This document shows, in pieces, positions 10,501-19,557 of a stretch of 64,000 nt of DNA (position 1 is the stretch's first letter; the number at the start of each line of letters is the position of its first letter). This stretch comes from Myxococcota bacterium. Lineage in GTDB: Bacteria > Myxococcota_A > Polyangia > Polyangiales > Houyiibacteriaceae. Both the position numbers and the translations under genes were made by a program. The notes under the pieces were generated by a model that saw only the letters and a program-made list of their open reading frames with translations, was not told the DNA's origin and searched no databases. Location: NCBI GenBank assembly GCA_039030515.1, contig JBCCEA010000016.1, positions 1 through 64,000 on the forward strand, written 5' to 3'.

Positions 10501-12682
10501 CGTCTAATCGTCCTAAGGAAGTGAGGCAGCGACCCGCCAAAATGGCGACACGCGTCAACTCATCTTTGCTCAGCGAGTGCGATAAAAGCACGGGCTGAAG
10601 CGTAGAGGCTGACTCTTCATTTCTACCGAGCTCATGCAATATTTTCCCATGAAGAACCCGGTCACCCACACTTGCGGCATCATCCGAGGCGCAAGTCAAC
10701 TCCAGTAGCCGACTAGAAAACTGAAGGGCTTCTCGGTAGCCTCCCTGACGCTCGAGCGTTCGCGTGACGGACCGGATAGTCTCCTGGTGTGGACGAGCCA
10801 CATCAAAACAGACCGCAAGCCGCGCAAGAGCGAGCGGGGAAAGGAGTTCTGATGCAGCGCCCAGCAAGAGGCTCTGCACTTCTGCAAGGTACGCGCAGCA
10901 TTCTTCAACAGAGAGCTCTCGGAGCACATCGGGGTTTCCCATGAAGAGGAGCTCCTCTTGCTGCACGATCAGCGTTCCATCGACCGCTTCGGCAAGGCAC
11001 TCCTCCGAAACGCACGCTCTTGCAAATGCACGTGAAATCTGAGTTCCCGCGATCTTGAGCAGCATCAGTATCTTCAGTCCGGAGCGGCTCAAGCCGAAGC
11101 GCTGCGCCAGTACCTCGGCTTGAGGCTCTTGAATCTCGCTGGCCGCATGCTCCACATCCGTGGCTGTGGCACCTTGAACTACGAACAGCCCGGACATTAG
11201 GTCGATGACTTTGCCCGGAATGCCGCCCGTAACGCTCGCGATCGACTCGATCACAGATTCGTCAACAGCCCCTAGACTCTCTCGAACTACGGCATTCAAG
11301 TCGGCAGAGCACAAAGGGTTCAAATGCGTCTTGTCCACAGCCCCAACGGCCCGCACACCGTTCACCTCCGGATCGCTGGCCGTCCCGATGACTGGATAAG
11401 GACACTCGGCATGCAAGGCAGAACGGAGTATGGAGATAAGAAGCGGATCAATAAAATCGATATCGTCGACGAGAAAAACAATGCGTTTGTCACGACGAAT
11501 AGAGTCTAGGCTGCGATTGAGGGTGGACTCAAAGTCTCGAACCAAAACCGTTTCAGCACGCTGCAGTCGAAGCAGCAACTCTTTTGCTGCATCTACTTCA
11601 GTGACAAAGACAAGCTGTTTGAGGAGCGCAACAGTTGCGCTGAGTGAGGAGTTTGGCGTGAGGGAAAGCCAAACCACATACACGCCACGCAACTGAAGTC
11701 GCCACTTGAGCTCATGAAGTAACGTGGTCTTACCGAAGCCCGATCCTCCTACGATAAGTTGAAGGCGTAGCGGTTCCGAGCCCAGTAAAGGAGGGATGGA
11801 GTGGTCGAGTTGTGCGACGTGGTCTTCTGTGCCTTTGGGACGGGGCGGCACAAAAATGGAGCGTCTCTCCCCCAATCCCTGAGGCGCGAGCACTGCGTAC
11901 TCCGAAACGGAAGGAAGCCTTTCTTGCGGTTTTGGTTCAAGCCCTCGATTCAATAGCTCAACTCGCTCACCGAGCAGTTCGCAAAGTTCTACGGGCAGTT
12001 GAATATCGCTCGTTCGAACCCGCCCTCGGAACCCAAACAGGTAAAGTAGAGTCACTGCCAATGCATAAACGTCAGACTTTTCGGAAGGAGCCTCTCCGCT
12101 CAGGACCTCGGGAGCCATAAAAGCCGGTGTCCCACTACCGTGAAACCCTGGTGTGCACGGCAAGGAAGCGAATCCAAAATCGATTAAGTAGAGACGATTC
12201 GCGGGATTGACGATCACATTGCTTGGCTTGAGGTCTCCATGAACTGCACCGGCTCTGTGAATTGCAGAGACGATTCGCGTAGTCGCCACAAAGGCCTCGA
12301 GTCGTTTCTGTGCGGACCAGGGCTTCGCTGCGGTGCAAAGAGACGTCCCATCGATAAACGCACGCGTAAAATATGAGCCTCCTCGATCTCCAGGAATCTC
12401 CGGTAGGGTCCCAAAATCAAAAACAGGAGCGACTCCACAGATCGAAAGCGAGGAAAGCGCGAGAAACTCTCGCTCCAGGCTGGCGCGAATCCATACGTCT
12501 CGGTCGTCGTGGACTCGCTTGAGGGCCACCTTTCGATCGAGGAGCGTGTCGTGCACCAACAGCATACCGCCCTGACCACCATGGCCCAGCGGACGGATCA
12601 CCTCGTAACGCTTCGCAATCCTTGCACCGCACTTGAGCGTGGGCATGCGTACGACAATAGGCTTCGCCTCGAAACCACTCAA
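7568..12682 (-). CDS. Multidomain Ser/Thr kinase - P-loop NTPase - TPR - GAF - sigma54 AAA+ activator - Fis HTH
   Basis: HGDLKPSNV, DFG, GTPAFMAPE; GGSGFGKTT and FLVDDID; TPR-like helices; SRSIAEAVL GAF region; GESGTGKE, ESELFG, GAFSGA, FLDELGDM, PGNVRQLE; NRARAAKSVSMPRRTFYRRLKEYG. Confidence 0.93.
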   Translation of the reverse strand: MSGFEAKPIVVRMPTLKCGARIAKRYEVIRPLGHGGQGGMLLVHDTLLDRKVALKRVHDDRDVWIRASLEREFLALSSLSICGVAPVFDFGTLPEIPGDRGGSYFTRAFIDGTSLCTAAKPWSAQKRLEAFVATTRIVSAIHRAGAVHGDLKPSNVIVNPANRLYLIDFGFASLPCTPGFHGSGTPAFMAPEVLSGEAPSEKSDVYALAVTLLYLFGFRGRVRTSDIQLPVELCELLGERVELLNRGLEPKPQERLPSVSEYAVLAPQGLGERRSIFVPPRPKGTEDHVAQLDHSIPPLLGSEPLRLQLIVGGSGFGKTTLLHELKWRLQLRGVYVVWLSLTPNSSLSATVALLKQLVFVTEVDAAKELLLRLQRAETVLVRDFESTLNRSLDSIRRDKRIVFLVDDIDFIDPLLISILRSALHAECPYPVIGTASDPEVNGVRAVGAVDKTHLNPLCSADLNAVVRESLGAVDESVIESIASVTGGIPGKVIDLMSGLFVVQGATATDVEHAASEIQEPQAEVLAQRFGLSRSGLKILMLLKIAGTQISRAFARACVSEECLAEAVDGTLIVQQEELLFMGNPDVLRELSVEECCAYLAEVQSLLLGAASELLSPLALARLAVCFDVARPHQETIRSVTRTLERQGGYREALQFSSRLLELTCASDDAASVGDRVLHGKILHELGRNEESASTLQPVLLSHSLSKDELTRVAILAGRCLTSLGRLDEALAVLQTVPNDASALVRATAMREQVKILLRRGAHADVLSAVDGALALLEEDSPVRIELLTSAGMVHSYAGRRERARDLFRTASRIASNFGSLRDEANVLGYLAIDYQRAGDFSKAKALYDRILDVVRGLGDVSSLAVFSMNAGAVHYALGNYAAAAKLYASARCFARRAARRSTEIMAAANLAHLNAYLGLYERARSEAETARTQSEEAEFEVSLALSVHVLAELAIRASDFELGLRYYDEALSHYRSLAMSREMAEVHIDVAEALLNRDALADSTLASSHLAYAGNLLQQEPGEDLHLSFDLMLARAQGSHGDVEGALSSLEALAQRAKEARCRTVEWRALAELGRLNAGRGAEARAERWDALALGVLESIAVGLPPEFQESFWHDPRRRDLRHRASSRLDLQTSAPTDQARDPSSASSFVRTRMRHLIEITKQLASERSRDSLVERIIDSAVALSGAERGIVLLLGPNGVLDPHLVRDSTLGASDPHVAFSRSIAEAVLIDGEPLTAVDALDDPRLDEYVSVHRLMLKSVAGFPIRSVRGPIGVLYLEHRTRRCRFQEEDVDLLLAFAELAAIAYEHARLVEENDSKNRDLERTNAELTLANREIERVLAARTEELASMNNASMSRRDQGGARSPTQLGYEKFGIVGCSAAMRRVYARIDRVCHADVPVVLQGESGTGKELVAKAIHLSGPRQSGPFVAVNCAAIPDSLVESELFGYMKGAFSGATVDRDGVVARSSGGTLFLDELGDMSARMQTVLLRVLQEGRVRKLGSDVDEEVNIRVVCASNKYLPDLVASGVFRADLFYRLHVVEICLPPLRERAEDLHLICEHLLCKISARQGADTKRLTGSALRALAAHPLPGNVRQLEHLLANACVMVEGASIDVDDLVITEAAPAQLDAQERVDAQERDSKDTHVQSSGQDGEAVPKSLHDYKEAEKERILSALEATGWNRARAAKSVSMPRRTFYRRLKEYGIL
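7771..7806. repeat. Perfect 18-bp in-frame tandem duplication (DAQER x2) in the linker before the HTH
   Basis: ccctctcctgtgcatcca x2. Confidence 0.9.
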
Positions 12683-12709
12683 GCCGATCGAGCGTTCAGC
12701 GGCGACACC

Positions 12710-13894
12710 TTAGGTCTTTGTCTTCACAGACCGCTGCATCACGCTGAGTTCGCTATCCACTTGTGTCGTATCCACCTCTCGGGCGTAGTCAGAGCAGGTC
12801 GTATGCCCCTCAGAATCGAACTCCGGCTCCGATTCGCCATTCGCCAACATCGGGTGCGCGTCTGTAACACCTCGATCGACAGCAAGATGAACGTCGGACG
12901 CTCGATCCTGCCCCCTATCCTCTACATGCCTTTCTTCCGCCTGCTGGGATTCTCTGACAAGACCTAGGGCTTCTTCTGCAACGGGCTGCATAGGCAGCAC
13001 GTGAGAGACGTATTGCGCCACGCTTCTAGGCCCTACCCCCAGCGCATGCTCCTGAGCGAACTGCTCGAGCGCGAACGCAAGTCGAGACGTCGAGGACATC
13101 CGGTCGTCTCGCTTTCGACACAGTGCAAGAGAGACAATCCGCTGCAGTTCCTCTGGGTAGGTACGCAATCTCTGTGAAGGATTGGGGATTTCACTTTCCG
13201 CAATCGCGGTCATGATCTGAACTTGATTTCCCCGGAACAGTCTCGTCCCGGTCGTCAGTTCGTAAAGTATGATTCCCAGTGAAAACACGTCCGAGCGGCG
13301 ATCCAATGGTTCACCCCGAACCTGCTCCGGAGACATGTAGCTCAACGTCCCCGTGAGCCCTTGATTCTCATTCGAGTTCCGGGCTGCCGTCTTTGCCACT
13401 CCAAAATCGAGCAGTTTCACCACGCCATCCCTTGTCACCATGATGTTCTGCGGTGTGACGTCTCGGTGGACGATCTGTAGCGCGCGTCCTGCATGATCGG
13501 CCCGGCAGTGGGCGTGGTGCAGGGCCTCGCAAGCCTGCATCACGATCGCCAAAGACACCGAAAGAGGCATCATCTTGCCGGCACGCATCCCGGCACGCCA
13601 CAAATGAGCCACGTCGTAACCGTCGACGTACTCCATCACGATATGCCAGGTACCCTGTTCGAAATACAGGTCGATAACCTGCGGTACGTTTGGATGACAG
13701 AGCTCAGCGAGCAATCTGGCTTCATATTGAAACTTGGCGACTACCTCGGTGTGAGCGGCAAAATGCGGAAAGAGACGCTTGACCACAACGTCTCGAAAAA
13801 AACCCCCTTGGCCCCAAAGCCGCGCGAGGAAGATCTCCGCCATGCCTCCTGCTGCGACTTTTCTAATCAGCTCGTATGAACCAGTGTTGGCCAC
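12710..13894 (-). CDS. Hanks-type Ser/Thr protein kinase (cytoplasmic)
   Basis: AAGGMAEIF, HRDVTPQNIM, DFGVAK, GTLSYMSPEQ, SDVFSLG. Confidence 0.95.
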   Translation of the reverse strand: MANTGSYELIRKVAAGGMAEIFLARLWGQGGFFRDVVVKRLFPHFAAHTEVVAKFQYEARLLAELCHPNVPQVIDLYFEQGTWHIVMEYVDGYDVAHLWRAGMRAGKMMPLSVSLAIVMQACEALHHAHCRADHAGRALQIVHRDVTPQNIMVTRDGVVKLLDFGVAKTAARNSNENQGLTGTLSYMSPEQVRGEPLDRRSDVFSLGIILYELTTGTRLFRGNQVQIMTAIAESEIPNPSQRLRTYPEELQRIVSLALCRKRDDRMSSTSRLAFALEQFAQEHALGVGPRSVAQYVSHVLPMQPVAEEALGLVRESQQAEERHVEDRGQDRASDVHLAVDRGVTDAHPMLANGESEPEFDSEGHTTCSDYAREVDTTQVDSELSVMQRSVKTKT

Positions 13895-14016
13895 AGAAAA
13901 TCACCAAGGTTGTACGCTGTTTGCGTAATCTCCTACTCCCATAGCTTATACTTACTTGTGAAGCATTTAGGGAGTGATCCTCAAGCGCCTCCAACTCTTT
14001 CTCACAAAATTGTTCC

Positions 14017-15963
14017 TTGAAAGCACAGTGTTCACACTTATTTGTCGCTCTTCTCCTGGTTTCTGGCTGCCAAGGCTCGAGTGCATCTCAATCCAGTTTG
14101 GGACAGCGGTGTGCCGACGACCGATCGTGTCCTCAGGGACTTTTCTGTGCCTCTGAACCTCAATTCACACAAGGGTACTGCACCAGAACGTGCGAAGATT
14201 CTTCTTGTGAGCCAGGTGCCCTCTGCTCCGCGGACTTCGATCCACCCCTGTGTCTGGTGGGGTGTGATGACGACACGGAGTGCCGTTCGGGGTATCACTG
14301 CTCCGACTCAGGGTGTCGACCCAACTGCTCAGGTGGCGAAGAATGTGGACCTCGAGGTCAGTGCATCGATTCCAGATGCGTCGACCAGACGTGTAGGCCT
14401 CGCGACAACTGCTCGGATGCAAGTAGGTGCGAGGGCGACGCATGCACACCCTTCGACCTCGACGGATCGACGGCGGACGACGCAGGCGTTCAAATAGACG
14501 CCGACGGTTCGGCGGCGAGCGACGCATCGCAAAAAGAGATCACCGGCGACGCATGCGCTGAAGACACGAACTGCGGCAACCAGCAATGCGTCCCCGAGGC
14601 CTACGGTGGAGGATGCCGCGAGACATGCCGATCCTCTGCTGAATGCGCATTGAATCAGGTATGCAGTCCAGTACTCATCGACACCTCGGGAGACGCCGTC
14701 GCGGATGACGTTGTCGGAGCCTGTATTCCTCCAGTCGGAAACGGCGCGCTTGCGAGTGCGTGCAGCGACAATGCGGACTGCGTCAGCGGGACCTGTTACG
14801 GCATGCGATGCATCGAAGCTTGCGCAGAGCACGACGACTGCCTTGCGGGACAAATATGCCGGTCGGTGCAGTTGGGTATCGGGCTCCAGCCTATCGAGAT
14901 CTGCGGCGATACGGGCGTGGGCGAAACGGGTGCACTGTACGACCTCACGCTCGGAGACAGCGTCATAGTCAACAGACGTATCTCGGATACCTACGCCGTC
15001 AACGTACCGAATGACGCGCTCAGCGTGACCCTAATTCTGCAGCAAATTTCAGCGCCTCCACTGGAGCGGATGACCTTCTTCGAGGTTGTCGACGCCTCAG
15101 GCACCGCTGCGTTCGACGTCGTCTCTTTGTTTTCGAACGAACCTCAACCCATCCGTTGGAATCCTGGAGTCTCCTTCGGCGCCACGGCGATGCTCCTGCC
15201 CAACACCGATGCCTACCCGCTGCAGAGGGGAAGACTGGACGTAAGCTTCAGCACGTTCGCTCTACCAGACCGATCGGCAGACCTCCGACTCACCGCTCGG
15301 ATCCGGCGCGCGACGCTCGGCGATGCGCTGGACGTCCATCTCTTCCTCGTGGGAGTCGGACTCAGCCCGGTGCAGGCGCAGGCCGACCTCAGACTGCAGC
15401 GCGCGATCGACATCGCAGCCGAGATCTTCCTGACCGTGGGCATCGAACTCGACCACTTCCGCTACTTCGAAATCGACGGTGCCACCGCCTTTGAACTTCG
15501 ACATATCGACTCTGTGACCGGTCCCGATAGCGAATTAGCATCGCTTTTCTCGCTATCCGCTGGACAAACCGAAAACGCGATCAACCTCTTCCTCGTGGAG
15601 TCGATCAGTTCCTCGGGCACGAGCGGAGGCACGATATTGGGCGTGGCCGGAGGTGCACCAGGGCCACCTCGAGTTCACGGGGAAGTCACATCAGGCGTGG
15701 CAGTCGCATTCAGCGAAAGCGTGGTGGGCACAGATCCGCAGCTGCTCGGATCGGTCATCGCCCATGAATTTGGCCACTTCCTGGGACTCTTCCACACCCG
15801 GGAATCAAGTCTCACTGGAGCTTACGGCGGAGAGGACACGATTGCCGACACCGATCCAACCGACCTATCGAATCTGATGTATTGGTCTGTGGGCAGCTCT
15901 GGGAATACGACACTCACCCCGGGTCAGGGATTTGTCCTGAAGCGCAGCTCTCTAGTTCACTAG
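14017..15963 (+). CDS. Lipoprotein with Cys-rich repeats and a C-terminal metzincin (M43/pappalysin-like) Zn protease domain
   Basis: LVSGC lipobox; repeated C-x5-C-x4/5-C units; HEFGHFLGLFH; Met-turn NLMYW. Confidence 0.85.
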   Translation: MKAQCSHLFVALLLVSGCQGSSASQSSLGQRCADDRSCPQGLFCASEPQFTQGYCTRTCEDSSCEPGALCSADFDPPLCLVGCDDDTECRSGYHCSDSGCRPNCSGGEECGPRGQCIDSRCVDQTCRPRDNCSDASRCEGDACTPFDLDGSTADDAGVQIDADGSAASDASQKEITGDACAEDTNCGNQQCVPEAYGGGCRETCRSSAECALNQVCSPVLIDTSGDAVADDVVGACIPPVGNGALASACSDNADCVSGTCYGMRCIEACAEHDDCLAGQICRSVQLGIGLQPIEICGDTGVGETGALYDLTLGDSVIVNRRISDTYAVNVPNDALSVTLILQQISAPPLERMTFFEVVDASGTAAFDVVSLFSNEPQPIRWNPGVSFGATAMLLPNTDAYPLQRGRLDVSFSTFALPDRSADLRLTARIRRATLGDALDVHLFLVGVGLSPVQAQADLRLQRAIDIAAEIFLTVGIELDHFRYFEIDGATAFELRHIDSVTGPDSELASLFSLSAGQTENAINLFLVESISSSGTSGGTILGVAGGAPGPPRVHGEVTSGVAVAFSESVVGTDPQLLGSVIAHEFGHFLGLFHTRESSLTGAYGGEDTIADTDPTDLSNLMYWSVGSSGNTTLTPGQGFVLKRSSLVH

Positions 15964-16033
15964 ATTCCGCAGTTCAGCCAGACCGCGGTGCGTCTCTTCG
16001 TAGGGTTCCGAAAACCTGCTAAGGACCCGCCGC

Positions 16034-16888
16034 ATGCCGGGCAAAGCCAAGGAATTTGAGAACCAAGTTGTCGTCATTGCTGGTGGGGCCGGCGGCATTG
16101 GCAAAGCGCTGGCCCTTGGATTCGCGAGCCAAGGCGCGCGTTTGGTCATCGCGGACGCAGGCACCGACCTCGAGGGACGCGACGCGGATGATTCCGTCGC
16201 TCAGCGCAGCACCGAGGAGCTCGTCGCGCTCGGAAGCAGCGCCATCTGCTTTACGGAGGATTTGGCCCGGTCCGATGCGCGTGCCCGGCTTCTTCGTCAT
16301 TCGCTCGATACGTACGGCAGCGTCGACATTCTGATCTACTGCGCTGGCTACCGTAGCGAGCAAAGCGTCCTGCAGATGGAAGAACACGAACTCGGGCGGG
16401 CGATGGAAGTACATGCACATGCGCCTATCGATCTCGTCCGAAGATTCGCTCAACACTGGGTGCAGGACCGAACGCCAGGCATCTCGATCGTGTGTACCTC
16501 TCCGCTTGCATTCTTCGGAGCATCCCGACAATCCGCTCTTTCGGCGGCAGGCGGCGCAGTGGTGGCGTTTTGCAAATCTGCCTCGTTAGACCTTCGAAAG
16601 TATGGAGTGCGCGTTCATGCTCTACTGCCCACAGCGCGCACCCGGATGACCGAGGACCTACCTGTATTTAAGAAGTTACGGCCGGAAGTGATGGAGCCAG
16701 ACCACCTGCTTCCTTTGGTACAATTTCTCTGCAGCGATGCGGGAAAGGATGTCTCTGGAGAGGTCCTCGGGATCGCCGGAACCCGTTGCTACAGCGTTCA
16801 GAGCCGCGAAACCGCAGGCATCTTCGCAGAGGGCACGATGTTCGAAGTCGACGAAATCCAAAAAAACTGGCGCGGCGTATTTCGGTAG
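16034..16888 (+). CDS. Short-chain dehydrogenase/reductase family protein, atypical (no YxxxK)
   Basis: GGAGGIGKA Rossmann motif, YGSVDILIYCAG, PTARTRMTEDL; catalytic segment reads QSALSAAGG. Confidence 0.85.
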   Translation: MPGKAKEFENQVVVIAGGAGGIGKALALGFASQGARLVIADAGTDLEGRDADDSVAQRSTEELVALGSSAICFTEDLARSDARARLLRHSLDTYGSVDILIYCAGYRSEQSVLQMEEHELGRAMEVHAHAPIDLVRRFAQHWVQDRTPGISIVCTSPLAFFGASRQSALSAAGGAVVAFCKSASLDLRKYGVRVHALLPTARTRMTEDLPVFKKLRPEVMEPDHLLPLVQFLCSDAGKDVSGEVLGIAGTRCYSVQSRETAGIFAEGTMFEVDEIQKNWRGVFR

Positions 16889-16916
16889 CGTCCGGCTAGA
16901 CGCTACGCTGGCGCCA

Positions 16917-17099
16917 TCAAGCAAACAGATCGATGATCACGACACCTCGCTCGACACTTCCCCCACCGCTCGGCAGTTCTTCCGGCGATTCTCCGGCTGG
17001 AAACACCGGCAAAGGAAGCTCGAGCCTTGGACGTTCGCCCTCCCGCGATTCGTTTTCTTCACGCTGTCGAATTTGATCGATGATGAAGGGGGGAAGCAT
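16917..17099 (-). CDS. Small hypothetical protein (60 aa)
   Basis: ATG with upstream AGAAGG; protein-like sequence MLPPFIIDQIRQREE...RPRLELPLP...ERGVVIIDLF; fills the gap between the SDR and DUF4350 genes. Confidence 0.65.
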   Translation of the reverse strand: MLPPFIIDQIRQREENESREGERPRLELPLPVFPAGESPEELPSGGGSVERGVVIIDLFA

Positions 17100-17219
17100 G
17101 CTCTGGATACCTTCTTGGCGCGCGTCTACCTATTGACTATATCAACACCCAATCCGGTGACAAGACCTCGAGTGCGTTCCCGACTTGAAGGCGACCGATC
17201 AACGCCCCGATGGGCCCAC

Positions 17220-18608
17220 ATGTCCCGCTCGCAAACCCGTAGATCGTCGGAGTTGTACGCCTCCCAGCCCCATCGGGGACTCTATGAAGCGCAAGCGTAT
17301 GATCCCAGCATATCTGCATCGAACATCTACGTGTCGCTGCTGATGATGATCGGATTCAGCATGATGGGGCCTCGACCCGCCGCTGGGCAACAGGACTACG
17401 ATCCACAAAATACCTCCTGGAACGGACTTGCCGGTCTAATAGGCATCGCCGAGTCGATCGGGCGCCCGATCGAGGTGGGGGCTGAGATCGAACTGGCACA
17501 GCTAAACCCGGGCGACGCGTTGTTCATCGTCTATCCGCGCGACCCCCTACCGGCCACCGAACTGGCAGCGTTCATGCACGAGGGTGGACGGGTCCTCATT
17601 GCAGACGATTTCGGTCGGTCGGCTGCACTTCTCGCTCAGTACCACATCGAACGATTGGGGCCGCCGCCAAGCTCGGCACCCAAACTGCTCGGCAGTCCAC
17701 ACCTCAGCATCGCAAAACCTCGGGTCCGCCACGAACTCTCGACCGGCATTCACGCCCTCGCTTCAAACCATCCTACCTGCGTGCGGCATCGAGAACTCGA
17801 AGCGATCTTCGCGTTTGACGATGAAGGAACCTTTGGACTGGTACTCGCCGGACAGGTCGGAACAGGCCGACTCGCCGTACTCTCCGACCCGAGCGTCCTC
17901 ATCAACAACATGCTCCGCTTTCGCGACAATCAGCGATTTGCAAAGCAGCTGCTCCGCTATATTTCCGAGGCGCCTTCATCACGTCTGTATTTTGCGCTCC
18001 CCGATACGAAGTTCATCGGACGCTACCAACGCGCCCACTCCCCAAAAGCCCGCCTTTCTTCCTGGTTCGACCGCGTGGCCCAAACCAAACTGCCTCCTGA
18101 AGCGCAAAGAATTGCGGCGACGGTGCTGCTGTCGATTTTTATTCTGATGGCGGGGACTGCGCTACCGCTGCGGTCTCCGCATGAAATCAGAACGTCGCAC
18201 CCGCAAAGCTCCCGTACACAACTGCAGTGCGCTCTTGATCCGCACGTAGAGCAAAGGGACCTGCTCCATGTACTCCGCTCCTACCAAATCGAATTGGAAG
18301 GTTCCATTCGCAAAACCCTGAAGCTACCGCATGAAACACAAGGCGCGGCGCTCGACAGAGATCTCGATCGACTTCGCGAATTCGGATTCGATGAACAGAA
18401 AGTTCAAGCGACAAAATCTCTTCTCTTCACCCTCTCCGCGCTCGTTCCCCGGCAAGGTGAGATTCCTGAACAGAGTCCGATGAAAGCTCGGGATCGCGCG
18501 GTCCGTTCGACCAAGATCAGCGCCCGCAAATTTAAAAAGATGGTTTGTATCGCGGAGGATATTCTGAAGCGGCTAGAGGAGCATGATGCAAGAGCAAAGA
18601 ATACCTGA
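17220..18608 (+). CDS. DUF4350-like membrane/secreted protein (start uncertain, about 17220-17343)
   Basis: DYDPQNTSWNGL, FMHEGGRVLIADDFG, GRLAVLSDPSVLINNML; directly upstream of moxR. Confidence 0.75.
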   Translation: MSRSQTRRSSELYASQPHRGLYEAQAYDPSISASNIYVSLLMMIGFSMMGPRPAAGQQDYDPQNTSWNGLAGLIGIAESIGRPIEVGAEIELAQLNPGDALFIVYPRDPLPATELAAFMHEGGRVLIADDFGRSAALLAQYHIERLGPPPSSAPKLLGSPHLSIAKPRVRHELSTGIHALASNHPTCVRHRELEAIFAFDDEGTFGLVLAGQVGTGRLAVLSDPSVLINNMLRFRDNQRFAKQLLRYISEAPSSRLYFALPDTKFIGRYQRAHSPKARLSSWFDRVAQTKLPPEAQRIAATVLLSIFILMAGTALPLRSPHEIRTSHPQSSRTQLQCALDPHVEQRDLLHVLRSYQIELEGSIRKTLKLPHETQGAALDRDLDRLREFGFDEQKVQATKSLLFTLSALVPRQGEIPEQSPMKARDRAVRSTKISARKFKKMVCIAEDILKRLEEHDARAKNT

Positions 18609-19554
18609 GTCGACCTCAGTCCAGGTGGCTCAGCGCGTTCGGGCGGTGCTAGACGAAGTTCAGTCCATCATCGTGGGCAAGGAAGACGTGGTCGAAGTCC
18701 TCATGATCGCGCTGCTGGCCCGTGGCCACGCCCTACTCGAAGGGATACCGGGCGTTGCCAAAACCACCATTTGCAAGGCTTTTGCAGCAACCCTTGGTTG
18801 TAGCTTCAAGCGCATTCAGTTTACCCCCGATCTCTTACCTGCCGATATCACCGGAACCTACGTGTTGTCTCCGCGCGAGGGCACTTTCGAGCTGCGCGAG
18901 GGGCCGATCTTCGCCAACCTGGTGCTGGGCGACGAAATCAACAGAGCTTCTGCAAAAACGCAGAGCGCACTACTCGAAGCGATGCAGGAACATCAGGTGA
19001 CCCTCGAGGGTGAAACGCGAACGCTGCCCGACCCGTTTATGGTGTTGGCTACTCAGAATCCCATAGAGCTTGCCGGCACCTACCGGCTCCCGGAAGCACA
19101 GGTAGATCGATTTCTGATACGACTGACGGTCGGTTATCCAACGGAATCGCAAGAGCGCAGTATGTTGCGCCGGTTTACCAGCGCGCCTCCGAAACCCAAA
19201 ACAATTCTCACGCCAGATGAAATACGTCACCTGCAAAAGCTGGTCGCCTCGGTGCACGCGGAAGACGAGGTTCTCGAATACATCGTTCGGCTGACGACGT
19301 TCACTCGCGCGCACCCAAGTCTCTTTTTGGGCGCCTCTCCAAGAGCTTCGATCGCAATGCTTCAGGCCGCAAGAGCAAGAGCATTACTGCAAGGTCGTTC
19401 CTTTGTGCTCCCAGACGACGTCAAAAGCCTCGCAACTCATGTATTGGCCCACCGACTCGTAAGGACACCGGAGGCAGAAATGGAGGAGCGCTCTCCGGAA
19501 TCTTTGATCGAGGAAGCGATGCACACCGTACCCCATCGCCGCAAGCAGGGCTGA
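18583..19554 (+). CDS. MoxR-family AAA+ ATPase
   Basis: GIPGVAKT, RIQFTPDLLPADITG, DEINRA, ATQNPIE, GASPRA. Confidence 0.96.
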   Translation: MMQEQRIPESTSVQVAQRVRAVLDEVQSIIVGKEDVVEVLMIALLARGHALLEGIPGVAKTTICKAFAATLGCSFKRIQFTPDLLPADITGTYVLSPREGTFELREGPIFANLVLGDEINRASAKTQSALLEAMQEHQVTLEGETRTLPDPFMVLATQNPIELAGTYRLPEAQVDRFLIRLTVGYPTESQERSMLRRFTSAPPKPKTILTPDEIRHLQKLVASVHAEDEVLEYIVRLTTFTRAHPSLFLGASPRASIAMLQAARARALLQGRSFVLPDDVKSLATHVLAHRLVRTPEAEMEERSPESLIEEAMHTVPHRRKQG

Positions 19555-19557
19555 TCC

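Noticed and set aside
16737..17219. 5' extension of ORF 16737-18608
   Set aside because: Overlaps the SDR gene and the 60-aa minus-strand gene; the recognisable domain starts later
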